Source: Acidobacteriota bacterium (GTDB lineage: Bacteria > Acidobacteriota > UBA890 > WLXD01). From it: DNA of 64,000 nucleotides. Positions 52,778 to 63,766 of the stretch are shown here, in pieces. Both the position numbers and the translations under genes were made by a program. The stretch is taken from contig CAXWPH010000007.1 of the NCBI GenBank assembly GCA_963666055.2, forward strand, positions 64,001-128,000, in the 5' to 3' direction. The notes beneath the pieces are model-generated. The model had not been told where the DNA came from and ran no database searches. It saw only the letters and a list, made by a program, of their open reading frames with translations. Every line of letters starts with the position of its first letter. Position 1 is the stretch's first letter.

Positions 52778-54792
52778 CAGGGAAAATCCAGGAGCTCGCG
52801 CAGCCTGTGCGTCAGCGCGCCCGGCGTGAACGGCTTCTGAAGCAGAGCCCTCCCCTGATCCGACAGGCCGCGATCGGCGAGGACCTCTTCCGCATAGCCC
52901 GATATATACAGCACCTTCAGCTGCGGGCTCAGCGTGGTCAACCGCTCCGCCAGCTCAAGACCGCTCATTTTCGGCATGACCACATCAGTCAGCAGCAGGT
53001 TGATCGGCCCCTCGTGCCGCTCGGCGATCTCGATAGCCTCTGGGCCTCCCGGCGCCTCCAGAACCCGGTACCCGTTCCTCTCCAGGACCGTGCGGACCAG
53101 CGTGCGCACCGGCTCTTCGTCTTCCACCAGCAGCACGGTCTCCGTGCCCTGCAGCAGCGTGGCTGGCGCACTACCGGGTTCGAGCGGCTCGGTGATCTCA
53201 TCGACCCGCGGCAGGTAGATCTTGAAGGTCGTGCCATGCCCAGGCTCGCTGTCAACGTTGATGAACCCGTCGCTCTGCTTCACGATCCCGTAGACCGTCG
53301 ATAGTCCCAGGCCGGTTCCGGCGCCCGTGTCCTTGGTGGTATAGAACGGCTCGAAGATCCTCTCCCGGGTCTCCTCGTCGATGCCGCGACCCGTATCGCT
53401 CACCACCAGCATCACATAGCGGCCCGGCACGATGGCCTCCTGCGAACGCGGATCGGCCTCGTCCACATCCAGGTTCGCCGTCGCGATCCTGAGCTGACCG
53501 CCGTCGGGCATCGCGTCCCGGGCGTTGATTGCGAGGTTCATGATCACCTGCCCAACCTGTGCCGGGTCGGCCTTCACGCTGCCCAGCGCAGAGTCGAGTT
53601 CGGTGATCACCTCGACGTCCTCGCCGATCAAGCGGCGGAGCAACTTCTGCACCTCGGCCACGGAGGCGTTCAAATCGAGCACCTTGGGCGTCAGCATCTG
53701 GCGACGGCTGAAGGCCAGGAGCTGCTGGGTCAAAGCGGCGGCACGTTCCGAGGCTTTCAAGATCTCCTCGACCTCTTCGCGCTGCCGGTCAGCGAGGTGC
53801 AGGTCGTCGCTCAGCAGAAGCTCGGCGTTACCAATGATGGCCGTGAGCATGTTGTTGAAGTCGTGGGCCACGCCTCCGGTCAGTTGGCCCACCGCCTCCA
53901 TCTTCTGAACCTGGCGGAGTTGCGCTTCGACCTGACGCTGCTCCGTGATGTCCTGAACGATCCCCGCTTCTCCGAGGGGCGCCCCCTCCTCGTCGACCAC
54001 CGCCTCGCCAACTTCGCGGACTAGGCGCACCTCCCCGTCCTGGCGCACAAGGCGGTACTCGACCTCGTAGCGGCCTTCCGGTGTGAGAGTCTCGAGCTCC
54101 ATGACGAGCTCCTGATCGTCCGGGTGGACGAACTTCGTCACGAACTCGTCATACGGAAAGACACCGTCCTCGCCTGCCGGCAGCTGCAGAATCTTCATGA
54201 GGCCTTGCGAGATCGTCAGCTGATCCTCGGCCGGGCTCCGGAAGCAGAAGCCGAGGTGCGCAATCTCGTGACACTGCCTGAACAGCAACTCGCGCTTGCG
54301 CAGCTCGGCCGTGCGCTCGGCGACCCTCTGCTCGAGCTCTTCGTGCGCGCGGGCGAGCTCCAGCTCGGCCAACACCCGTTTGGTGACATCTTGGACGAAA
54401 CCCACGGAACGGACGTATGAGCCATCTTCCTCCTGGATCGCCACCTCCGCTTCGCGCACGTGGACCATAGGCCCGCGCGCCGGCAGCATTCGGTACTCGA
54501 TGACGGCTTCAGGACCCCGGCCCAGGAGGCTGCTGGCCCAGTGACGGTAGCGCTCACGGTCGTCGGGATGGACGAACTCCAGATCGGCTTCGAGCGACGC
54601 CACCCGCCGCATGTACTCTTCAACGGAGAGGCCGTGGAGCCTGGCCAGCTCCGCAGAGCAGTAGAGGCACTTGTCCTCGACCAGGTCCCATTCCCAGTGA
54701 CCCATCCTGGCGAGGTGCTCTGTCTGTTCCGAGAGGGACTGAACTCTCCGGAGGTCATCGACAGAATCTCGGGCTCGATCGTCTGAGGACAT
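52777..54792 (-). CDS. Cytoplasmic PAS-PAS hybrid sensor histidine kinase/receiver (CckA-like)
   Basis: Two PAS domains (VHPDD), GGVAHDFNN, NARDAM, FEPFYTTK, GTGLGL, receiver LLVEDE..TDVVMP. Confidence 0.92.
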   Translation of the reverse strand: MSSDDRARDSVDDLRRVQSLSEQTEHLARMGHWEWDLVEDKCLYCSAELARLHGLSVEEYMRRVASLEADLEFVHPDDRERYRHWASSLLGRGPEAVIEYRMLPARGPMVHVREAEVAIQEEDGSYVRSVGFVQDVTKRVLAELELARAHEELEQRVAERTAELRKRELLFRQCHEIAHLGFCFRSPAEDQLTISQGLMKILQLPAGEDGVFPYDEFVTKFVHPDDQELVMELETLTPEGRYEVEYRLVRQDGEVRLVREVGEAVVDEEGAPLGEAGIVQDITEQRQVEAQLRQVQKMEAVGQLTGGVAHDFNNMLTAIIGNAELLLSDDLHLADRQREEVEEILKASERAAALTQQLLAFSRRQMLTPKVLDLNASVAEVQKLLRRLIGEDVEVITELDSALGSVKADPAQVGQVIMNLAINARDAMPDGGQLRIATANLDVDEADPRSQEAIVPGRYVMLVVSDTGRGIDEETRERIFEPFYTTKDTGAGTGLGLSTVYGIVKQSDGFINVDSEPGHGTTFKIYLPRVDEITEPLEPGSAPATLLQGTETVLLVEDEEPVRTLVRTVLERNGYRVLEAPGGPEAIEIAERHEGPINLLLTDVVMPKMSGLELAERLTTLSPQLKVLYISGYAEEVLADRGLSDQGRALLQKPFTPGALTHRLRELLDFP

Positions 54793-55001
54793 GAAGCTCC
54801 GCGCCCGCGCTATCTGACGGCGCAAACCTCAGGCTTCAAGCTCATCCGCAAACCGCTGTTCGAGGGCGGATATGAAGATCTTCTCGTAAACCTGATCGAC
54901 AACGCTTCGGAGAGCGACGACGTGCGACTAGCCGCCGCCAGTTCCAACTCGGGGTGATTTGGGCTACCTAACGCGACACTCCGACCCGCCTCAATCACTC
55001 G

Positions 55002-55068
55002 GGGGTCCACATAGGGGTCCACATTTGAGGCAAAACAGTGGATTCAGGTGAGAAACAGTGAAGTCACT
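55002..55068. repeat. Short direct repeats next to the tRNA 3' end (att arm-like)
   Basis: ggggtccacat x2 (55002-55012, 55014-55024); aaacagtg x2 (55033-55040, 55053-55060). Confidence 0.5.
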
Positions 55069-55128
55069 GTCGCGTGAGCGGATTCGCTCAAACGCTGAAA
55101 ACAGGCCATGTAGCCTGGTGTTATTAGG

Positions 55129-55201
55129 TGGGCTCGGGCGGAATTGAACCACCGACGCAGGGCTTTTCAGGCCCTCGCTCTACCGACTGAGCTACGAGCC
55201 C
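55129..55201 (-). tRNA. tRNA-Phe(GAA)
   Basis: GGGCTCGTAGCTCAGTCGGTAGAGC, anticodon arm AGGGC-CTGAAAA-GCCCT, GGTTCAATTCC; CCA not encoded. Confidence 0.95.
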
Positions 55202-55406
55202 ACCAGAAGACGTTTGGCGGGCGTCTGCGGTCCGGGCGCATCGGACTCGATGCAGCGCGATCTTACTCACGGACCGAAACCTTATAGCCCGTGCCTTCTG
55301 ACCAGTCAAACAGGTTTATTTGCTATAGTAGCCGACGATCTCGGGACGACAAAGCCCCGTTCGGGGCCTGAATTCTCGGCGGTTTTTGCGGTGCAGGAGC
55401 CTGCGC

Positions 55407-56990
55407 ATGAGTGACAACAGAGAACGCTGGGGTACCAGGGTCGGGTTGATTCTTGCCATGGCGGGGAACGCCGTCGGGCTGGGCAATTTCCTGCGCTTCC
55501 CGGTCCAGGCGGCATCGAACGGCGGCGGCGCCTTCATGATCCCCTACTTCATCTGCTTCCTGCTGCTGGGCATCCCGTTGATGTGGGTGGAGTGGTCGAT
55601 CGGGCGCTACGGCGGCCGCTACGGACACTCCTCGACGCCCGGCATGATGGCCAGGATCTGGGACCATCCGGCGGCAAAGTACGTCGGCGTGGCGGGCTTG
55701 TTCATGCCTCTCGTGGTGATGATCTACTACACCTATATCGAGTCGTGGTCGCTCGGCTACACGATCTTCACTGCCACGGGGTCGTACTGGGGTGCGGCCG
55801 AGTACGAGCCCATGGTGGCCTTCTTGCGCAGCTATCACGGCATCCCCATCGACATGGGCGATCCGGCGGTGTCCGGCGCCGGGCTCACCTATTTCACCTC
55901 CATAACGTGGGCCTGGGTGTTGTTCCTCGTGACCCTGTGCGCCAACGTTTGGATCCTGTCAAAGGGCGTGTCGGGCGGCATCGAGGCGATCGCCAAGATC
56001 GCCATGCCAACGCTCTTCGTGTTCGCCATCGTGCTGGTGATCCGGGTGCTCACCCTGGGTACTCCGGATCCGGCGCTCCCCGACTACAGCATTGCCGCCG
56101 GCATGGGGTTCGTGTGGAACCCGGTGCCAGAGCTCCTCACCAGCCCCAGCGTGTGGCTGGCGGCAGCCGGACAGGTGTTCTTCACCCTCAGCCTCGGGCT
56201 GGGATCGATTCACTGCTACGCCAGCTACCTGCGCGAGAACGACGACATCGCCCTGACCGGCCTGGCAACCGCAGCCACCAACGAATTCGCCGAAGTCGTG
56301 CTCGGTGGCACGCTCGCGATCCCGGCCGCGGTGGCATTCTTCGGGCTCGAGCGCACCCAAGAGCTGGCCGGCAACGGCTTCGACCTGGCCTTCGCGGTCA
56401 TGCCGACGCTCTTCCAGCAGATCCCGGCGGGGCAGTTCTTCGGCGCGATGTGGTTTGCCCTGCTTTTCTTCGCCGGTATCACGTCGTCGCTCGCCATGGG
56501 TCAGCCGATCATGGCGTTTCTGCAGGAGGAGTACCGCATGACGCGGCAGAAGGCCGCGTTGGTGCTCGGCGCAATGGTGTTCATCGGCTGCCAACCGGTG
56601 ATCTTCTACAACCAGCAGGGCTTCCTGAGCGAGTTCGACTTCTGGGCAGGCACCTTCGGCCTGGTGGTATTCGCCACCGTCGAGATCATCCTGTTCGCCT
56701 GGGTATTCGGCATCGACCGGGGCTGGAAGGAGCTCACCACCGGCGCCGACCTGCAGGTGCCGGTGATCTTCCGCTTCATCATCAAGTACGTGACGCCGAC
56801 GATGCTGCTGGTGATCCTCGGCGGCTGGTTCATGCAGAACGCCCTACCGCAGCTGCGCTACGAGGGCGTGAATCCGGACTACGTGCCCTATGTGCGCGCC
56901 GCCCGTCTGACAATGATCGGCATCTTCGTCGCCTTCTGCGTCGCCGTTTCCTACGCCTGGCGCAACCACTCGACCGCTGACGCGGCCTAA
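55407..56990 (+). CDS. Sodium-dependent transporter, NSS/LeuT family
   Basis: RERWGTR.GLILAMAGNAVGLGNFLRFP, GGGAF, AAAGQVFFTLSLG, NEFAEV, FFAGITSS. Confidence 0.95.
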   Translation: MSDNRERWGTRVGLILAMAGNAVGLGNFLRFPVQAASNGGGAFMIPYFICFLLLGIPLMWVEWSIGRYGGRYGHSSTPGMMARIWDHPAAKYVGVAGLFMPLVVMIYYTYIESWSLGYTIFTATGSYWGAAEYEPMVAFLRSYHGIPIDMGDPAVSGAGLTYFTSITWAWVLFLVTLCANVWILSKGVSGGIEAIAKIAMPTLFVFAIVLVIRVLTLGTPDPALPDYSIAAGMGFVWNPVPELLTSPSVWLAAAGQVFFTLSLGLGSIHCYASYLRENDDIALTGLATAATNEFAEVVLGGTLAIPAAVAFFGLERTQELAGNGFDLAFAVMPTLFQQIPAGQFFGAMWFALLFFAGITSSLAMGQPIMAFLQEEYRMTRQKAALVLGAMVFIGCQPVIFYNQQGFLSEFDFWAGTFGLVVFATVEIILFAWVFGIDRGWKELTTGADLQVPVIFRFIIKYVTPTMLLVILGGWFMQNALPQLRYEGVNPDYVPYVRAARLTMIGIFVAFCVAVSYAWRNHSTADAA

Positions 56991-57005
56991 ACCAGGGACA
57001 CGCTC

Positions 57006-57164
57006 ATGGGCATGAACGCGGCAGGCTGGACATTCCTGATCCTCGCCTGGGCCTTCATCTTCGGCCTGGTGATCTTCTGCTTCCGGAAGGTGTTCTCAAC
57101 GGGCGACTCGACGTTCGAGCATCCCGAGAAGACTGCAGGACCCGGAAGCGCACCAGGCGCGTAG
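57006..57164 (+). CDS. Small single-TM protein, MetS-like NSS accessory subunit (absent from the ORF track)
   Basis: MGMNAAGWTFLILAWAFIFGLVIFCFRKVF...; RBS AGGGA; directly after the NSS gene. Confidence 0.65.
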   Translation: MGMNAAGWTFLILAWAFIFGLVIFCFRKVFSTGDSTFEHPEKTAGPGSAPGA

Positions 57165-57181
57165 CCAGCAGGAGGGTCCTG

Positions 57182-57190
<9 letters not shown>
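57163..57190. terminator. Hairpin between convergent genes
   Basis: agccagcagga-ggg-tcctgctaggct followed by a short T run. Confidence 0.4.
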
Positions 57191-58285
<1,095 letters not shown>

Positions 58286-58336
58286 ATCCCACTCCTTGGT
58301 TCCCTGCCCCACTGAGACGGCAGCCCCACCACCGTT

Positions 58337-59233
58337 TCAGGAAGACGACAGGTACAACGAAAACACTTGCAGGCCCAACTCACGATCGTCCTGCGAGCTC
58401 GCCTCGATCTCTTGCGGCACCAGAACTGGCGTCACCTCGAGGTTCAGCTCCACCCACTCGTTGTCGCCCATGGCCGAGGCCGGGATGACGATGCGCTCGA
58501 GAAACTCGTCGGCGCCGTTGACCGCAACGTTCGCCACCTCGTTGTCGCCGATACGCAGCACCACTACCTGCGCGCCGACCTCGTCGAACGGCCCATGTGC
58601 ACGCAGATGCAACACCGCTTCCCGGCGTGGGTTGGTAAACACGGCGCGGGATTGTGCCTGACTCCAGCGCCACTCGCGTGGCTCCGGCTCGGTCGCCTGC
58701 TCGGGCGGGTGCCAGCCCTCCATGTAGAGCGGAATCCCCGAAACGTCGTCGGAGCGCACCGTCATCCGATGCGCCTGCACACCCTCTGCCCAGCTGCCAT
58801 CGGCGTCACGGACGCGAGTCCGATTGTCCGGCGAGTACAGACCGACTACGAAGTCCAGGTACTCGGCTTCGAGCGAGTTGGGCGGATAGTACCAGCGCCT
58901 GTACTCCTCGGTCTGACCTGCACGCCACTGGCTTGTGGGCTGCGGTGGGTAGTGATCGTCCTGCAGCAAGATATTGCCGTCAGGATCGATCATGTGGACA
59001 AACACCTTGTAGTCGTCCGCGGGGGCCTCGAACTCGCTGGCCGGCGTCCATACGAACCCGATATCCAGCGGCTCTCCCAGCGGTACGCTCTCCGGGAGAT
59101 CGAGCTGTACCTGAAGGTCCATCTGCGGCGTCTCGTCCTCGGCACAAGCAGCGGAGGTCAACGCAACGACGAGAGCGACGGCGAAGACGATCCGTGCTGG
59201 CCGCGGGCGCTCACGGAACAACGATGTGGGCAT
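58337..59233 (-). CDS. Hypothetical lipoprotein
   Basis: Lipobox SAAC; YKVFVH..QDDHYP, WRWS, DDRELG; RBS GGAGGAG. Confidence 0.7.
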   Translation of the reverse strand: MPTSLFRERPRPARIVFAVALVVALTSAACAEDETPQMDLQVQLDLPESVPLGEPLDIGFVWTPASEFEAPADDYKVFVHMIDPDGNILLQDDHYPPQPTSQWRAGQTEEYRRWYYPPNSLEAEYLDFVVGLYSPDNRTRVRDADGSWAEGVQAHRMTVRSDDVSGIPLYMEGWHPPEQATEPEPREWRWSQAQSRAVFTNPRREAVLHLRAHGPFDEVGAQVVVLRIGDNEVANVAVNGADEFLERIVIPASAMGDNEWVELNLEVTPVLVPQEIEASSQDDRELGLQVFSLYLSSS

Positions 59234-59485
59234 GAAACTCCTCCGAAAAGTATCGCGGTCGCGGGGAAGCCAGAGCGGTGGTGGCCAGTCGGATCCCGCG
59301 CGTTTACGACCTCCCGTCCCCACAGGCCGTGGCGGCCCAGTCTACCGCTAGGAGCATTCCCATGCTACCTTCCGGCCGTTCCGGCAGGTTGGAGTCGCGC
59401 TCCGAGCAGGCCGCGGGTTCACGGGCTCGACGAAGCCGGGAACATACGGGGGGCCAGAGGGGGCGGACCTTGCACGGAGTGACGC

Positions 59486-59794
59486 ATGTCAATTTCCTAC
59501 GAAGCGCTGGGCATGGTGGAAACCCGGGGTCTGATCGCCTCGATCGAAGCTGCCGACGCAATGGTGAAGGCGGCGAACGTACAGCTGATCGGGCGCGAGC
59601 AGATCGGTGCCGCATTCGTCACCGTGATGGTGCGCGGTGACGTCGGGGCGGTGAAGGCTGCCACCGACGCCGGAGCAGCCGCGGCGCGGCGTGTCGGCGA
59701 GCTGGTGGCCGTCCACGTAATCCCGCGACCGCACGATGAAGTCGAGAAGATCCTGCCGGCAACCGAACTGCAGCCGGACCCGAAGAAGAAGTAG
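59486..59794 (+). CDS. Bacterial microcompartment hexamer shell protein (EutM/PduA/CcmK type)
   Basis: [37 protein letters not shown]. Confidence 0.95.
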   Translation: MSISYEALGMVETRGLIASIEAADAMVKAANVQLIGREQIGAAFVTVMVRGDVGAVKAATDAGAAAARRVGELVAVHVIPRPHDEVEKILPATELQPDPKKK

Positions 59795-59863
59795 CCGACC
59801 CGGAGTCAGGCCTCAAGTGATACGGGGGCGCCTGAACGGACCGTCGGGGCGTAGGCCTCGTCA

Positions 59864-61696
59864 ATGAGTCTGCCGGACCTGGATCGCGACCTGCGATCAA
59901 TTCACGAGGTGCGCGCGCTGACCCGTGCCGCCGCCGCCGCACAGGTACAGCTAGAGCAGGACTCGCAGGAACAGGTCGACGCGATCGTCGAAGCAATGGG
60001 CTCGGCAGGCCTGCGCGAGAGCGCCCGCCTGGCGGCGATGGCGGTCGAGGAGACCGGCTACGGCAACGTCGACGACAAGATTGCCAAGAACAACTTCGTG
60101 CTCGAGCAAGTCGTCGAGGCAATGCGTGGCATGCGCACCGTCGGGGTGATCCGCGAGGACTCGGCAGCGAGCGTGCGGGAGATCGCCGAGCCGGTCGGTG
60201 TGGTGGCGGCGATCATCCCCACCACGAACCCCACATCGACGGCGATGTTCAAAGCTCTCATCGCCTTGAAGGCACGTTGCGGCGTGGTGCTCTCACCGCA
60301 CCCCAATGCCAAGGCGTGCATCAAGTCTTCCGCCGACGTGATGCACGAGGCCGCGGTTGCCGCCGGGGCTCCTCGAGACATTATCGGCTGCATGACCGTG
60401 ATAACGATGGAAGGCACGCGCGAGCTCATGCACGATCGCAACATCAACGTGATCCTGGCAACCGGCGGCATGGCGATGGTGCGTTCGGCGTACTCGGCCG
60501 GCAAACCGGCATACGGCGTCGGGCCTGGCAACGTCCCCGCCTACATCGAGCGCAGCGCCGACGTCGAGCAGGCGGTCGCAGACATCATTGCCGGCACCAC
60601 ATTCGACAACGGTACGCTGTGCTCTTCGGAGCAGGCGATTATCTGCGACCGAGGCATACGCGACCGCGTCGCCGCCGCGCTGCAGGTCAACGGCGGACAC
60701 TTCCTGTCGCCGGACGAGTGCGAGCAGCTGGCGTCGGTGCTGATCACCGACAAGCTGCTCGTCAACACGACGCTGGTGGGCCAGACAGCGGAAACCATCG
60801 CCGCTGCTGCGGGCGTCGATGTTCCGGCGGGAACGCGGGTGCTGATATGCCCGCAGGACGGGGTCGGACGCGACTATCCGTTGTCGCACGAGAAGCTCTC
60901 GCCGGTGCTGGCGTTCTACGAGGTCGAGGACTGGAAGGAGGGCTGCGAGCGCTGCCGGCAGCTGCTGCAGTTCGGCGGCCAGGGACACACGATGGTGATC
61001 CATTCCCAGGATGACTCGGTGGTGCTGGAGTTCGGTCTGCACAAGCCGGCGCATCGTGTACTGGTGAACACCGTCGCCGCGGTCGGCGCCGTGGGGCTGA
61101 CCACCGGGTTGTTCCCGTCGATGACGCTGGGCTGTGGCTCCTGGGGCAACAACATCACTTCCGACAACATTGGCCCCCAGCACCTGATCAACATCAAACG
61201 CCTGGCGTACGGGAACCGACCGTTCCGCAGTTCCTCGTCCACCGTACCGCGAGCCGCTGCGCGGCAGCGGGAGGCTGCACCCGAGGCGACCGCAGCGGCA
61301 GCACGCCACGACGACCTGGAGGGGCAGGTCGGTGAGTTTCTGCGCGGCAGGGGTATAATCGCTCCGGCAACCAGTATCCCGGGCGTGGGCAAAGCCGCCG
61401 CCCATGGGGACAGCTGCGGTTGTCCTATATGCCAGCACGGTGACTCTGGAACCGTGGGCAAGACGAGACCAGAGTCATCGCGTCGGGCGTACGCGGCGAC
61501 TCCGACAAACCGACCGATGGATCAGGAGCGGGAGGCGGGAAGCGCAACGGTTGCTGCACCTGTCGACTTCGTCGCGGAAGCGGACGTACGACGTGCGCTG
61601 GACCGCGGCGAGACCATACGCATCGGCCCACAGACCATCATCACTCCCCTGGCATACGAATTTGGTGAAGAACACGACCTGTTCCAGCGGCGTTGA
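59864..61696 (+). CDS. CoA-acylating aldehyde dehydrogenase, BMC-associated, with C-terminal extension
   Basis: PTTNPTST, ATGG, GVGPGN, FDNGTLCSSEQ (catalytic Cys), EKLSP, TLGCGSWG. Confidence 0.9.
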   Translation: MSLPDLDRDLRSIHEVRALTRAAAAAQVQLEQDSQEQVDAIVEAMGSAGLRESARLAAMAVEETGYGNVDDKIAKNNFVLEQVVEAMRGMRTVGVIREDSAASVREIAEPVGVVAAIIPTTNPTSTAMFKALIALKARCGVVLSPHPNAKACIKSSADVMHEAAVAAGAPRDIIGCMTVITMEGTRELMHDRNINVILATGGMAMVRSAYSAGKPAYGVGPGNVPAYIERSADVEQAVADIIAGTTFDNGTLCSSEQAIICDRGIRDRVAAALQVNGGHFLSPDECEQLASVLITDKLLVNTTLVGQTAETIAAAAGVDVPAGTRVLICPQDGVGRDYPLSHEKLSPVLAFYEVEDWKEGCERCRQLLQFGGQGHTMVIHSQDDSVVLEFGLHKPAHRVLVNTVAAVGAVGLTTGLFPSMTLGCGSWGNNITSDNIGPQHLINIKRLAYGNRPFRSSSSTVPRAAARQREAAPEATAAAARHDDLEGQVGEFLRGRGIIAPATSIPGVGKAAAHGDSCGCPICQHGDSGTVGKTRPESSRRAYAATPTNRPMDQEREAGSATVAAPVDFVAEADVRRALDRGETIRIGPQTIITPLAYEFGEEHDLFQRR

Positions 61697-63731
61697 CTCA
61701 GCGGGTCGCAAGCCGGCCATTGCCCTACTCGTTCTGCTTGCCGCCATCGCGGCGGGTTGCTCCAAGGCCACCGCACCGCCGCCGGAACTGGTGCCGCCAA
61801 CCGCCATCGAAGCGCCCCCACCCACCGTGGAAGAGCTCCGCGTCGAAGCCGACCGCCACTACAGTCTCGGAGCCGACGCCCTTCGCGGCGGCGATGAAGT
61901 CGCCGCCCAACAACATTTCGACGCCGCGCTCAACGTTTTCATGGAGGCCGACATTCCGCTGGGCGACGAGGCAGAGTTCCGCAGCGCCTTCAACAGGGTG
62001 GTCAACCGGGTCGACGCGCAGCAGCTCGACGTCTACCTGATCCCGGTCGAGGCCAGAGCGCCCGACCTCCCCAGCGAAGAGATCCCCGTACTCAGCAGCG
62101 CCGAGATCGATATGCTCCGGGCCCGCCTCGCCGACACGCTACCGGCGCTGCCACGCTTTACGATCCCGGTGCCAGCCGACCACCCGCGCGTCATCGAAGC
62201 GGTGAAGTTCCTGTCGACGCAGCGCCGTGAGGTCATCCAGGGCGGCCTCGAACGCGCCCAGCGTTACCTACCATTGATCCACGAGACCTTCGCCAAGGCC
62301 GGCGTGCCCGGCGAGCTGGCCTGGATCCCGCTCATCGAAAGCCTCTTCAAGCCGGTCGTGCGCTCGCGAGCCAGTGCCGTGGGGCTCTGGCAGCTGATGG
62401 CGCCCACAGCGCGTCTCTACGGGCTTCGCGTCGACTACTTCGTCGACGAGCGGCGTGATCCGGTGAAATCGACGGCGGCCATCGCGCGCTTCATTCTCGA
62501 CTACCACGCGGAGTTCGGAGATTGGCACCTGGCGATCGCCGCGTACAACGGCGGTAAGGGCCGCGTCGCGCGAGCCCTGCGGCGTACCGATACGACCGAC
62601 TTCTGGAGCCTGGCCGCTACGCGGGCGCTGCCGCGCGAGACGCGCGAGTTCGTTCCCAAGATCCTCGCCGCCATCCTCATCGGCTCGGACCCGGGTCTCT
62701 ACGACTTCATGATCGAGGAGCAGCCACCGTTCGTGTTCGACGAGGTGACCATCGACTCGATGACCGATCTGCAGGTCATCGCCGAGGCCGCCGGCACGAC
62801 GCTCGAGATTATCCAGCAGCTGAACCCACAGCTGCTACGCCGCACCACGCCCAGGATTCCGGAGTACACCCTGAGGGTCCCCGCCGGCCGGGCGCGCGAC
62901 TTCCGCGTTGCCTATGCTGCCATCCCGGTCGAGGAGCGCGTGCGCGTTGTCGAGCACGTTGTCAGCCGCGGCGAGACGCTGTCGGAGATAGGTGACGACT
63001 ACGGTCTGTCGTGGCGCGCCGTCGCCGACTACAACGGCATCCGCGACCCGCGGCGGGTTCGCGCCGGCACCAAGCTCCTGATTCCGGTTGCACAGGCAGC
63101 GGGTAGCGTCGCGGCGCCGAACAGCGTACGCCCGGAGCTAGTGCGACGCTCGGGCGTGACGCGCGGCGACAAGATCGTGCACACCGTGCGCCGGGGCGAG
63201 AGCCTGTGGCTGATCGCACGCGCCTACGACACCAGGGTGGCCGACGTGAAGCGGTGGAACGGGCTCCGGTCTGATCGGCTCAGTCAGGGCGATACCCTCG
63301 ACATCTACTATGGCGGTGCTACGAGCAATGCGCCGGCCGTGGCCGCCAAGCCTGCTGATAGCGCGGCCACCCCGGATCGTGCAGCCTCCTCGAGTCCAGC
63401 CAGCACACAAGAGCTCGCCTACACCGTGCGCCGCGGCGATACTCTCGACTCCATCGCACGCCTGCACGGAGTGTCACTGCGCGACCTACGCGCCTGGAAC
63501 GGCCTATCGTCGAGCCGCATCTATCCCGGCGACAAGCTGACCCTTCACACCGACGGCAGCTCGATCGCGACTACCTACACGGTGCGCCGCGGTGACACGC
63601 TGGGCCGCATCGCGCAACGCTTCGGCGTGACGGTAGCGAAGCTCTGCGCCTGGAACGGCATCGCCACCAACACGACGCTGTTCCCCGGTAACCGGCTGAT
63701 AATCCGCAACACCGTCAACACCGGGCAATAG
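61665..63731 (+). CDS. MltD-like lytic transglycosylase with four LysM domains
   Basis: IES, AVGLWQLM, AAYNGG, ETREFVPK; four V(S/R)RG(E/D) LysM repeats; lipobox AAGC; start uncertain. Confidence 0.88.
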   Translation: MKNTTCSSGVDSAGRKPAIALLVLLAAIAAGCSKATAPPPELVPPTAIEAPPPTVEELRVEADRHYSLGADALRGGDEVAAQQHFDAALNVFMEADIPLGDEAEFRSAFNRVVNRVDAQQLDVYLIPVEARAPDLPSEEIPVLSSAEIDMLRARLADTLPALPRFTIPVPADHPRVIEAVKFLSTQRREVIQGGLERAQRYLPLIHETFAKAGVPGELAWIPLIESLFKPVVRSRASAVGLWQLMAPTARLYGLRVDYFVDERRDPVKSTAAIARFILDYHAEFGDWHLAIAAYNGGKGRVARALRRTDTTDFWSLAATRALPRETREFVPKILAAILIGSDPGLYDFMIEEQPPFVFDEVTIDSMTDLQVIAEAAGTTLEIIQQLNPQLLRRTTPRIPEYTLRVPAGRARDFRVAYAAIPVEERVRVVEHVVSRGETLSEIGDDYGLSWRAVADYNGIRDPRRVRAGTKLLIPVAQAAGSVAAPNSVRPELVRRSGVTRGDKIVHTVRRGESLWLIARAYDTRVADVKRWNGLRSDRLSQGDTLDIYYGGATSNAPAVAAKPADSAATPDRAASSSPASTQELAYTVRRGDTLDSIARLHGVSLRDLRAWNGLSSSRIYPGDKLTLHTDGSSIATTYTVRRGDTLGRIAQRFGVTVAKLCAWNGIATNTTLFPGNRLIIRNTVNTGQ

Positions 63732-63766
63732 GACGGGGCGCCGTCGCAGACGGCCCGCATCGCGGC

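Noticed and set aside
59455-59476. Sigma54 promoter before the BMC gene
   Set aside because: GG-N10-GC spacing is present but the -24 element lacks TGGCAC
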